Assembly: GCA_951406725.2 (NCBI GenBank)
Contig: OX597815.1
Coordinates: 165,850,001 to 165,914,000, forward strand
Direction: 5' to 3'
Length of the DNA stretch: 64,000 bases
Source of the DNA: Octopus vulgaris
Taxonomy: Eukaryota
This document shows, piece after piece, positions 53,855-64,000 of the stretch (the first letter of the stretch is position 1; every line of letters begins with the position of its first letter). Under the pieces are notes generated by a model. It did not search any database and was not told where the DNA came from. It was given only the letters and a program-made list of their open reading frames with translations. The position numbers and the translations under genes were made by a program.

Positions 53855-56617
53855 TCAGGTGTAGTTTCGACGGATTTCGGAAAGCATGAGGGCCTTAAAG
53901 GATGCAGTGTCATGGCAGTCAACAACTGATGCAGGCAGTTTATTCCACGCTTCAGCAACCCTGAGTGTGAAAAAATGTTTCCGAAAGTCATGGGAGCTGT
54001 GCTGTTTTCTGACTTTGTAGGCATGTCCACGTGTGTTAGACACATGGAGATCAAAAAGGTGTTCAGTGTTGTTGTTGGTGAGGTGGTTGATAACCTTGTG
54101 AGTGTTTACCAAGTCCGTCGCTAGACGCCGGAGCTTCAGTGAATCCATGCCCAGGGAAACAAGGCGCTCAGAATATGGTAGGTGTCTGATGGAGGGTATG
54201 CGTTTGGTTGCACGTCTCTGGACAGATTCCAGGAGGTCAATGTTCTGAGCAAGATAGGGATTCCAAACTGATGATGCAAATTCCAAGTGTGGTCGTACCA
54301 TAGCTGTATACAGTTTTAAATAGATGGCTGGAGAGCGGCTAACAAAAGTCTTGCTGAGTGATGCCAAGACACCCTCGGCCTTCTTGACAATTTTAGAGAT
54401 ATGCTTTGTCCAACGCAAATCACTGCTGACAGTGATGCCTAGGTCACGCTCGCAAGAGGATTTCTTGATATCAGTGTTGTGGAGGGAGTATGTGGACGCA
54501 GGGTTTTTTCTCCCAAAATGCATGGTGGTACACTTGTCCACAGCCAGTTTCAGTTGCCAGTCTGTGATCCATTGCTGCATTGTGTCTAGGTCTGATTGCA
54601 GGAAAGAGTTGTAGACATCAGGATCAGTCCTCTTGATTTCAAGGTACAGCTTGATGTCGTCTGCATATTTCAATACTGTGGCATTCTTTAAATTGGCATC
54701 TATGTCATTAATGTATGCCACAAACAGGAGGGGACCAAGGACAGATCCCTGTGGTACACCCGATGACATCTCATATGGTGTAGAGTGCTGTCCTAGAACT
54801 GTGACTACCTCCTTTCGGCTGAGGATGAAGGATTTCAACCAGTTAAAAAGGTCATCCCCCACACCCATTGCAGAGAGTTTCACCATAAGCCTTTTGTGTG
54901 GCACAGAGTTGAAAGCCTTAGCAAAGTCAAGGTAGACAACATCCACCCATGAGCCACTGTCAGTGATCTGAGTAATGTCCTCAAGGAACTCGACAAGCTG
55001 GTCACTGCAGCTGGAGTTAGGGACAAATCCATATTGTGAGGGTCGGATGAGACTGTGAGAGCTCCAGAAGTTCCAGAGTGTTTCTCTGACACACGATTCC
55101 ATCAGTTTTGCAATACAGCTAGTGAGACTGACTGGGCGATAGTTGACAGGTGATGTGCGGTCACCCTTTTTGAACAGAGGAATGACACTGGCAGTTTTCC
55201 ACTGCTCCGGAGTAGCACCATTGTTGAGACAGTACTGGAAGAAAATAGAAAGCTGGTGTAAAAGGAAGTGCCTGCCACGTTTGAGAAGCAGGTATGTAAC
55301 TCCATCGAGACCAGGGGAGGCATAGTTGCGCTTATTTTGAAGGTGACGTCGCAGCATTGCAGGTGTAAATTCCATAGTTGTTATGGAGTTTGCTGTTAGT
55401 GATGGTGAAGATGGTACATTTTGACTTTCGACAGTGAATATGTTTGCATAGCACTCGGCAATGAGTTCTGCGCATTCCTTGGGGTCGTCAGTGATCTGGT
55501 TCGTGTGAGGGTTGCGAAGAGGGCCCACTGGAGAGTGAGGTCTCTGCTTTGAATGCACATATTTCCAGAAAACCTTGCTGTCAGGATTGGCTGCTATGCA
55601 CTGTTCAAATTCAAGCACTGCATTTTTTGTCACTTGCTTGAGATGGTTGGAGGATTTATTCCGCTTCTTCCTGTTGGTGTCTGATTTATGCAACTTGTAT
55701 TCCTGTTCAGCAGTCCGACGTTCCTTCCTGGCAAGTCGGACCGCTGAAGTTTCCCAAATTGCCCTTTTGGAGCGGTTCTTCTTTTTTTGTTTACGTGGCA
55801 CTGATGCTGCACATGCTGCCCATATTGAGTCCAGGATACTCTGGAGTATAGTATTCACATCTCCAGAGTTGTAGAATTCACGCCAGTTTGGGTGCTGTAG
55901 TTCAGTGTGGTACAGGTTCCAATCTGCTCTCTTCCAATCGAAGGAAGCAGATTGGAGATGGTTCAGGTGTTTGTTGCCCGCAAGAGCCAGATTGGCGATG
56001 ATCATAGCATGATCAGAGTCACCTAGAGGTTCCTCCGTAGTGCAATTGATAACCGCTTCAGGAGTTGTGGTGAAGAGCAGGTCCAAGGTGTTGTCGCCTC
56101 TTGTTGGAGAGGTGACTACTTGTGACCAGTTTGAGTCCAGCACAAGCTCAACAAAATCATTTGCACTCTGTGGCCAACGGAAGGTTTCCCAATCGATCTC
56201 AGGATGATTGAAATCGCCTGCAATAAACACATAAGTGGCTGTTTTCCTGGCTGCAGCTCGGAGGATGTTGCAAAGCTGTGTGTCCTGATGGTAATTTGGG
56301 GGACGATAAACAACGCCAAGCAGGAGTGTTGACATGGTCATACGTACGTCACAGAAAAAAACTTCTTGTGATTTGTTCAAATTGGCACAAGGAATTACCA
56401 AAAAATTTGAACGAACGTAGACCATCACACCACCACCACGGCGGTTAGTGCGGTCCTTACGGAAGAGGTTGTACCCCGTGATGTTGAAAACCCCATCACA
56501 GAGTAAGGAATGCGCCCATGTTTCCGTGACAGTGATGAAGTCAGGGTCAACACTTCTGACGTAGGCGTTGAACAAATGTATTTTGTTGCATAAACTGCGA
56601 GCATTTAAGGACAACAA
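53855..56617 (-). CDS. LINE ORF2: apurinic-like endonuclease + reverse transcriptase
   Basis: APE motifs SLNARS, TETW, GDFN, LDL, SDH; RT motifs YRPVSL, YLDFAKAF, GVPQGSVLGP, YADD; CR1-like C-terminus FFTLRVAEAWNKLP. The annotated start is TTG; the frame is open upstream through the ORF1 stop. Confidence 0.96.
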   Translation of the reverse strand: MLSLNARSLCNKIHLFNAYVRSVDPDFITVTETWAHSLLCDGVFNITGYNLFRKDRTNRRGGGVMVYVRSNFLVIPCANLNKSQEVFFCDVRMTMSTLLLGVVYRPPNYHQDTQLCNILRAAARKTATYVFIAGDFNHPEIDWETFRWPQSANDFVELVLDSNWSQVVTSPTRGDNTLDLLFTTTPEAVINCTTEEPLGDSDHAMIIANLALAGNKHLNHLQSASFDWKRADWNLYHTELQHPNWREFYNSGDVNTILQSILDSIWAACAASVPRKQKKKNRSKRAIWETSAVRLARKERRTAEQEYKLHKSDTNRKKRNKSSNHLKQVTKNAVLEFEQCIAANPDSKVFWKYVHSKQRPHSPVGPLRNPHTNQITDDPKECAELIAECYANIFTVESQNVPSSPSLTANSITTMEFTPAMLRRHLQNKRNYASPGLDGVTYLLLKRGRHFLLHQLSIFFQYCLNNGATPEQWKTASVIPLFKKGDRTSPVNYRPVSLTSCIAKLMESCVRETLWNFWSSHSLIRPSQYGFVPNSSCSDQLVEFLEDITQITDSGSWVDVVYLDFAKAFNSVPHKRLMVKLSAMGVGDDLFNWLKSFILSRKEVVTVLGQHSTPYEMSSGVPQGSVLGPLLFVAYINDIDANLKNATVLKYADDIKLYLEIKRTDPDVYNSFLQSDLDTMQQWITDWQLKLAVDKCTTMHFGRKNPASTYSLHNTDIKKSSCERDLGITVSSDLRWTKHISKIVKKAEGVLASLSKTFVSRSPAIYLKLYTAMVRPHLEFASSVWNPYLAQNIDLLESVQRRATKRIPSIRHLPYSERLVSLGMDSLKLRRLATDLVNTHKVINHLTNNNTEHLFDLHVSNTRGHAYKVRKQHSSHDFRKHFFTLRVAEAWNKLPASVVDCHDTASFKALMLSEIRRNYT

Positions 56618-56683
56618 TTTGTACCCTGCTCGCAGTTTATGATGGTGTGTGGAGGATGGCAGATTGTCCTGGCTTAGTTTCCC
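56589..56683 (-). promoter_or_regulatory. Candidate -1 programmed ribosomal frameshift signal (slippery heptamer plus downstream structure)
   Basis: G GGA AAC (56683-56677) in X XXY YYZ phase before TAA; the -1 frame is ORF2; perfect 15-bp inverted repeat 56589-56603/56627-56641; AGGACAA (56670-56664) is complementary to TTGTCCT in its loop. Confidence 0.7.
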
Positions 56684-57417
56684 TGAGTTGCTGTAGTCTT
56701 TTTAGTTATTGTGGGTAGAGAGCACTCAGACCAGCTGGTATCTCTCTTCCACGTTTCATCAGTCTTGACAAATCTCCAGATTTGTCCATCTTCCCGAAGA
56801 CTGAAGCTTTCCTGTAGAGCTGAGTTCCTATTCAGGGAAGCCGCTACACGTAGCTTCGGACGTAGATCGGACGGTAAGCCTGGGCGTGTTCGGAAGGTGG
56901 TCCGATTTTCACGCCCAGCTTTAACTGAGGCCAGATGGTAAGAGGTTGCCTCAGTGTGGTCCGAAAAAGACAGCTTGATGAGCCTAGGTTTTGGGCCAGG
57001 TCGTCCAAGGCGGATAGCACCTGTTGGGGGAACGCAGCCTAGGTCTTTGGCTGAGTTGGCAGCAAATGCCTGAAGATCAGCCATGTCTTCAGGCACCCCA
57101 ATGGCAATGACTTCATGGGTAGCAGAATCCGCGGTCTTAGATGCGACAAGAGGTACAGGTACAGGGAGGTTCTTTAGCAGAGCATTCCGATAAGACCCCT
57201 CATTGTGGAGTCCAACCTGAATGGTTGCTTTTATTCCTGCTACTTCCCCTCTTAAAGCACAGATCGATTGTTGCAGTTCTGCAAGAACCGCACTGGTCAA
57301 TTGGTGTTGTTGTTGTTGCTGCTGCTGCTCTGGTTGTGGTTGATTTTGTTGTTGCTGCTGTTGTTGATGTTGTTGTTGCTGCTGCTCTGGTTGTGGTTGA
57401 TTTTGTTGTTGCTGCTG
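56674..57417 (-). CDS. LINE ORF1 (5'-truncated): polyQ tract, coiled coil, RRM-like RNA-binding region
   Basis: Frame open from the 5' junction; QQQQQNQPQPE repeats, LAELQQSICALRGEVAGIK heptads, VIAIGVPE...RLG...PRLIKLSF pattern typical of LINE ORF1 RRMs; ends QGN-stop. Confidence 0.8.
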   Translation of the reverse strand, partial: QQQQQNQPQPEQQQQQHQQQQQQQNQPQPEQQQQQQQHQLTSAVLAELQQSICALRGEVAGIKATIQVGLHNEGSYRNALLKNLPVPVPLVASKTADSATHEVIAIGVPEDMADLQAFAANSAKDLGCVPPTGAIRLGRPGPKPRLIKLSFSDHTEATSYHLASVKAGRENRTTFRTRPGLPSDLRPKLRVAASLNRNSALQESFSLREDGQIWRFVKTDETWKRDTSWSECSLPTITKKTTATQGN

Positions 57418-57740
57418 TTCTACTATAGCCTCGGGCCGACCAAAGCCTTGTGAGTGGATTTGGTAGACGGAAACTGAAAGAAGCCCGTCGTATATATGTA
57501 TATATATATGTGTGTGTATGTTTGTGTGTCTGTGTTTGTCCCCCTAGTATTGCTTGACAACCGATGCTGGTGTGTTTATGTCCCCGTTACTTAGCGGTTC
57601 GGCAAAAGAGACCGATAGAATAAGTACTGGGCTTACAAAGAATAAGTCCCGGGGTCGAGTTGCTCGACTAAAGGCGGTGCTCCAGCATGGCCGCAGTCAA
57701 ATGACTGAAACGAGTAAAAGAGTACCAATGTGTATTAATT

Positions 57741-59041
57741 ATTACCTCTGCCTTAGCGAAGGCAGAGGTATTGTTTTCAGTCATGTTTGTTTGTGTGTTT
57801 GTACATGGACAAGACATCTCAAGAACTACTTTCAGGGATGTTTGGCCTCGTGACTGGTGTGAACCGATTAGATTTTAGGACCAGTCTGGTACTGGACAAG
57901 GATTCTGGATTATTTGTTATATTTACTTTACATGATTATGATCTTATGTTGACTTTTAAGTCTTTCTCAATTATCTCCCTTTAGGCTGTTTCCAAAGTTT
58001 CATTTTCATTTCACTATTATTTTATTCGCTTCTCTACCTTAGTAGAAACTGATGGATAAAGAAATCAAACTACATAAACAAACGGCAGCCAAACCATTCA
58101 GAAATTAAATAACATTAACATGTTTTTATAATATATATATTATATATTATACATACATATTAGCTCTTTACAGTATACTTACATATATACATTGATCTAA
58201 AACAACAGGAATACTAAAGGAAGTCCAGAATTTAAGGGAAGAGAAAACCAAATGGTGTCATGCTATTCATTTAAAACTTCCAGAGTAGAACTTATTATTA
58301 TTACCTCCGCCTTTGAGACTATTTTGATTGGTGAATTTGTTAACTTTGGCTTGTATTAGATAAGGACTAACTATTTATTACTGTTACTAAATTTTCTACA
58401 GCCATCTTCACATTCCATGATTACCATTGCGATCAATCAGGTACTAGACAAGGATTCTGGATTATTTTTCTGTTTTTTTTTTATATTTAACTAGCAGTAT
58501 CGCCCGGCGTTGCTCGGGTTTGTAAGGGAAATAACTATATAAGCATTTTTAGAGTTATAGCCAAAAAATAGCAAAAAAATGCATTAAAATGGAAAAAAAA
58601 TTATGGTAATTTCTTTTAAAAATCGTTGACTCATCGTAGACATTTTTAGAGAGTTACTTCCCTTATATAATAGCGAAAAATACATTAAAATGGAAAAAAA
58701 TTATGGTAAATTTTTTTTTAAATCGTAGACTCATCGTAGACGTGCGCTAATACCCAGAAGGGCTCAATATGAATCACGACTATAAGATACCCGCTTTTGG
58801 TTAAACTGCACCGCAAAATGTGGGAGTAGTTAGGAATCTAAATCATAGGAGACAGACACACAACTTGACTTTTATATATAAAGATTTTTGAGAGCAGTCG
58901 GGTTCATTTTTAGTATTCTCGTTTGTGAGAGCAGTTGAGTTTATTTCAGATATTCTCATTTAAAAAATCATCTCCAGCTAATTGTTGAGAGGACATTAGT
59001 GTTGCTTTGGTGGAGGTTTGTACTCTCTGAGTGCTCTTGTT
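57741..59041 (+). mobile_element. Helentron-associated (HINE-like) element hosting the 58491-58884 Helitron
   Basis: ATTACCTCTGCC...GGCAGAGGT 5' inverted repeat, GTTT microsatellite, 3' GGTGGAGGT plus hairpin then T-run. Confidence 0.55.
58491..58884 (-). mobile_element. Non-autonomous Helitron (same family as 7085-7482)
   Basis: TC...CCCGAGCAACGCCGGG hairpin...CTAG, inserted between A and T. Confidence 0.87.
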
Positions 59042-60613
59042 GGTATTGTTTTTGGTGGTGTTGTTGGAAGCAGTAGAAAATCAGTCTTGATTCTTCATAG
59101 TATTTGTTTCCAGATATCTTGATGCTAAGTTCAGATTCTACTTGAACTAATTTTGGCTATCATCTCTCTTCAGGATCAATGTAGGAAATACTAGTAAATA
59201 GACAAGAGTTGTAAGAGACAAAGCTTGAATAAATTTAAGTCTCCTTCACTCCTGAGAAATGATAGTAATTGGTTAAGGTATGAGCCTCATAATCTAATAA
59301 CAAATATGTTGACAGTAATTGTACATATCTATAGGAAAAGCATATAAGAATATGGTATCGACATTTTCATTGGCCCTTAATTTATGAGTGTATGCTATTC
59401 TAGTGCACTTCGTGTTGCTTTATCTTAATGAGATTTTTGTTAATGAATTGGTCAATTGAGAATGAACTATGCTCATGACTATTTTCAAAGCTTCTGTGAT
59501 TTGTGGGAGAAGGGTAGAACTAACCTTATGACCAAGAGCTTGGATGAAAACACTTGCAACAGAGTGGTTACCACTAAAGGTACTAAAGAGTATTAAAACA
59601 GGTGTTGCCTTAAATTTACTGCTAACTGTTCCAGTTATCTGAAGTTGATGATTTCTGCTTATATGGACTTCTGAAGATTCAAAACAGCAAATACATGTGT
59701 AATGCTAAAGTGTGTGATGAAAGAGCAAAATAAGAAGCTATTGAGAAGAAAATGAAGATAGCAGAGCTATGTGTTATGAAAGAGACAAGTACCTAATTGC
59801 AAAGCAGTTATTAATGCAGGTAGTTGGAGGGAAAAAGAAAGCTTAACTAAACCACAAAATCTTTCCTACATACAGGTTAATTATATGAACACATAATGGA
59901 ACTAGTTGTCAACTGTAATTGACTAATGAATTTGTAGTCTGGCCATGAGACTCTTATTGATTTTGTAGAAGGAATGAAAAATGAAGAAAAATTCTGAGGG
60001 TACATGCCAGTGGTGCAAGATATTTTGTTTCCTCTTTCACATTCTAAGTTCAAGTTCCTCAAATGTTTGTATTGCCTTCTGTTTTTTATCCAGTTGACTA
60101 TACACATCTTCATTAAAAAAATTAAAAAGACTACTAACTAGCCAAAGGAAATCATATTCTTTAAATGTTTGCTGGACAACAGAATTGGTAAGGTGTCAGA
60201 TGAAATGCTTTGGGGTAATTTGGTTGCTTTCATTTGCTTCCTGAGTTTGATCGTTCCAAGAATGGCTTTCTTTTTATTCTTCTTCAAAGGACAGCAGCCA
60301 AGATGGTTGCATGAAAACCAGTAATCTGTCTTCCATTAACTTCAATAGGTCCTTAATTCACATTGTATCTTTCATTAACTTCAGCAGGTCCTTCCAACCC
60401 ATCCCACTTCATATGTCTGTCTGCCCATAACATCAGTGTAATTGAAGGGTCTTTGTCCTCTATTAGGATATGAAAATCTCCAAAATATTGCATCTGAAAA
60501 GACTAATTGTTCAGTACAAATGCAGTGGGCTACAAAACTGAGTCTGCACAGAGCCACAGTATTGGAGATGGATGGAATTTTGTCCATAAATTTCCTCTTT
60601 GACCTTGTGTTCA

Positions 60614-60977
60614 TACTCTTTACTCTTTTTACTCTTTTACTTGTTTCAGTCATTTGACTGCGGCCATGCTGGAGCACCACCTTTTAGTACTTATTCTATC
60701 GGTCTCTTTTTGCCGAACCGCTAAGTGACGGGGACATAAACACACCAGCATCGGTTGTCAAGCAATGCTAGGGGGACAAACACAGACACACAAACACACA
60801 TATACATATATACGACAGGCTTCTTTCAGTTTCCGTCTACCAAATCCACTCACAAGGCATTGGTCGGCCCGGGGCTATAGCAGAAGACACTTGCCCAAGA
60901 TGCCACGCAGTGGGACTGAACCCGCAACCGTGTGGTTGGTTAGCAAGCTACTTACCACACAGCCACTCCTGCGCCTA
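60614..60977 (-). mobile_element. SINE family A copy with an internal deletion
   Basis: High similarity to the other family A copies. Confidence 0.9.
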
Positions 60978-61482
60978 CCATGAGATGTCTTGAAACTTGG
61001 TGTACATATAATCAAAGTGATCTTGAAACTCATTCACATTCCAAGATTTGGTTGCTTAGAGAAGAATGATCTTTGCACATGCCTTGAAAAGGCCAGCCTT
61101 TTTGATTTCAAAATAATACACATCTCTTGTGCTCTCTCAGAAATGTGTGATCTTGGGTTGATGTTAGAATGCTTTTTAAGAACAGACTCTAATGTAGTCA
61201 ATGAAACCTAAATTGAATATTTTATAGCATCTAAAGTCTAGTGTCTTATTGATCCGTTAATAGATGATATTTTCTCTCGACCTTCTGGACTCATAAATGC
61301 TAATCAAATATTGAAGTAAATTCTGTTCTCTATACCCTCCACTTTCCAAAGCTGGTATTGTGTCTGTGCATAAAAGAAAATTATCTTCCACATTGTATTT
61401 TCTAAGTACCTAGCAGTGTGCATGACATGTAACAGATGTCCCTCCAATATATATACATATATACATACACACACATTTATGC

Positions 61483-61535
<53 letters not shown>

Positions 61536-61853
61536 TGTATGTATGTATGTATGCATGCATATATATATGATGTAACAGCTGGTCAAGGCCAATGCTGCTG
61601 CACATCTGACAGGCTAGCATTTATTGCAAATGGTTCCAGTGAGGGTATGGAGGTGAGATGTGATTGATATCCAGACTCAATAAATGTCTAACTTGATGTT
61701 TAGACAAACAAGTCACAGCGTAGTAGACTGCGTATCTACCAATTCACAACTTCTATGTTCATAAAACCTTTCACTTCAATGCTGGCCATAGCTCTATCAG
61801 TCCACCCAGTCCCTGTCTCTCCCTTCCAAGTCTTCTCTTTCACATTTATGTGT

Positions 61854-61887
<34 letters not shown>

Positions 61888-64000
61888 CTGTTTGTCTATT
61901 TACCTTTCTGTCTGTCTATCTATCTTTATTTTTTCTCTCAGTTTCTCGTGTAACAATCAAACTGCCAAAGAGTAGTAACAGGAGGAGACACCAATTGATA
62001 ATCAGAGATAAACCAGCACCTTTATTAAGTGTAGTCGATGTATTGTTTGGGTGTGTGTATATGTGTGAATCTGCATTTCTAAGCTACATCTATCAAGCAG
62101 AGAGGCTGAGACAAGACTATTACTACACCCTTTGTATTGTGGCCCTAGGCAAGGTACATTACTCTGCTTGCTTAAATCTGTTTAACTGGAAAATAGGTGC
62201 CACTCCCACTTCACAGTTGAATGGTTAACATCCATTTCACAGTTGAATAGCTAACTATGGACACATGGATTTCAACAACTTTTATGCAAATGTCCAAATT
62301 GACAACAACAACAACAGAATGCTATTCTTAACATGTAAAAATCATCATCATCATCATCATCATACATCCATCCATTTTCCATGCTGACTTGGGTTGGATG
62401 GTTTGATAGGAGCTGGCCATGCACTTCACCAAGTTTCATTGTCTGTTTTGGCATGGTTCCCACAGCTGGATGCCCTTCCTAATGCTGGCCACTTTACAGA
62501 GTGTATTGGGTGCGTTTTTACGTGGCACCAACACCAGTGCTTTTTATATGGCATCAGCACCAACAAGGTCTCCAAGTAAGTACCTTGCAAGACAAAAACT
62601 CCTTCACTGGGAGGTGGAGTAGTATCAAGGAGGTAGGGCTTTGTGCTAGTCAAGAGATTAAAGGTACAGAGGGAAAGATGTATGTGTTTTGCTGTTGAGT
62701 AGATACATGGTGAGAATCAGTGATGTGATACAGAGGTTTGGACTGGGTGAGTGAGTAGGGTTGAGGTGACGATAGCAAATCTTTTTAATGACTCCTTAAC
62801 TGTTCACTTCTTGTGCATTATTCTATGTACTGTTCATGTACTTTTTCCTACTTTTTCTGATGAGTCGTAGTGCACCTGAGCACTGTGTACTTTAAGTTCT
62901 TTATTATTACTGAGTATAACTATAAGATTTAATTTTTCACTTAAGGGTTAAACAATCTGATAAGTGCAAAGGTGGTTATAATTTGTTACGGCTGGGCTTG
63001 AGAGTGATGCAGAGATTACAGATGTTAGGAGTTAATATGTATCAGTAAGAGATATAAGTGAATGATCTTACTAACAACATATTTTACTGTTTGACAAGAT
63101 TCATATAATATAATATAATTGTTACAGTTTGCAATAATTCAGTGAGAAGAATATATTTTACAAATGCACGTTCCCACGGCTTTATTGATCGCATTCTCAC
63201 CTAGAATCGATTTTTGCAATTTTTTTAATTCTTATACGCGCCCTGATAGCGTCGGTATCTACATATCAAATTTGAGCACATTCTGATGGAGGATGCCTGA
63301 GATCCTAGAAGACACACAGACAGACAGACAGAATGGATTTTATCATCATCATCATCATTTAGCGTCCGTTTTCCATGCTAGCATGGGTTGGACGGTTCAA
63401 CTGGGGTCTGGGGAGCCCGAAGGCTGCACCAGGCCAGTCAGATCTGTATGTGTGTGTGTATGTATGTTAGTGGCCCATGAGACTTTGAGTTAGGTGGAGC
63501 TGGATCAAGCTGTCCTATATAGTATATAATAAATATGTATATGAGGTTGCATGGTCTAGTGGTTAGAGTGTTGCACTCACAATCTAGCAATTGTGATTTC
63601 AATTTCTGTTGGTTTGTTTACACCCCTGTAACTTAATGGTTCAGCCAAACAGGAGCAACAGAATAAGCACTGGACCTAAATAAAATCAGTATTGGGGTCA
63701 ATTTGTTCAACTAAACCCTGCAAGGTGGTGTCCCAGCATGGCTGCAGTTCAATGACTAAAGCATCTAACTGATAAATGATAGTGAAAAATTTCAAATACA
63801 TTTTCACCTCTTGCTTTCAGAACACCTGAATTGCTGTATAATTCTGTGATTATGAATGAAACACAACAATGTCAGTAACTTTGCTAACCCACTTAACATC
63901 TGTTGACTCATCTGGTTGCAGAGAATACATCTTGTTATCATTTGCAAACATATTTTCCTGCAATATTTTAACATCTTTCAACATCTTGAGTCTGTCTTCT

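Larger units (their letters stand above)
53780..57419 (-). mobile_element. Young, slightly 5'-truncated CR1-group LINE (non-LTR retrotransposon), antisense in a ZIP11 intron, nested in a SINE
   Basis: ORF1 plus uninterrupted APE-RT ORF2, short 3' UTR with stem-loop AGTGC-ACCTGA-GCACT, (TTA)n tail; splits a SINE at GTGTCTT^CTACTATAG. Confidence 0.95.
53693..57724 (+). mobile_element. SINE family A copy split by the LINE (53693-53779 and 57420-57724)
   Basis: The two halves join exactly into the family sequence GGGCAAGTGTCTT-CTACTATAGCCTCGGGCC. Confidence 0.93.

Noticed and set aside
54324-57453. Plus-strand ORFs over the LINE, including the poly-Leu/Val ORFs at 57141-57453
   Set aside because: Antisense shadows of ORF1/ORF2 and of the polyQ repeat.
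62857-62884. CTGATGAG hammerhead core
   Set aside because: No GAAA or closing stems follow; it abuts a LINE-type 3' stem-loop.
63821-63878. Good-looking acceptor TTGCTTTCAG near the window end
   Set aside because: Splicing from 48779 would create TGA at once, and the sequence does not resemble TM8.

Overview
AT-rich, repeat-dense animal genomic DNA. The SINE families, the (TA)n/(CAT)n/(TTA)n microsatellite load and the transposon mix suggest an octopus or another coleoid cephalopod (inference from recalled repeat families, not a search). The window lies inside one + strand gene, a ZIP11/SLC39A11 (GufA-type) metal transporter. Seven internal coding exons are resolved with GT-AG boundaries and consistent phases; the first and last coding exons were not found in the window. 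The introns hold tRNA-derived SINEs, Helitrons/Helentron, piggyBac, pogo and mariner MITEs, a decayed Mutator element, a hAT remnant, R4/Dong-like fragments, Penelope-like fold-backs, and one young CR1-group LINE with an intact ORF2. Best new signal: that LINE appears to express its AUG-less ORF2 by a retrovirus-style -1 ribosomal frameshift (G GGA AAC directly before the ORF1 stop, a 6-nt spacer, then a pseudoknot-capable structure with a perfect 15-bp stem). Its ORF1 also carries an N-terminal polyglutamine tract. Other leads are minimal hammerhead ribozymes with variant cores (one with a G3-C8 swap), candidate frame-compatible ZIP11 microexons, and long intronic hairpins that could be ADAR substrates. 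Most short ORFs in the track are microsatellite or SINE artefacts. All coordinates were counted by eye; repeat boundaries are approximate.
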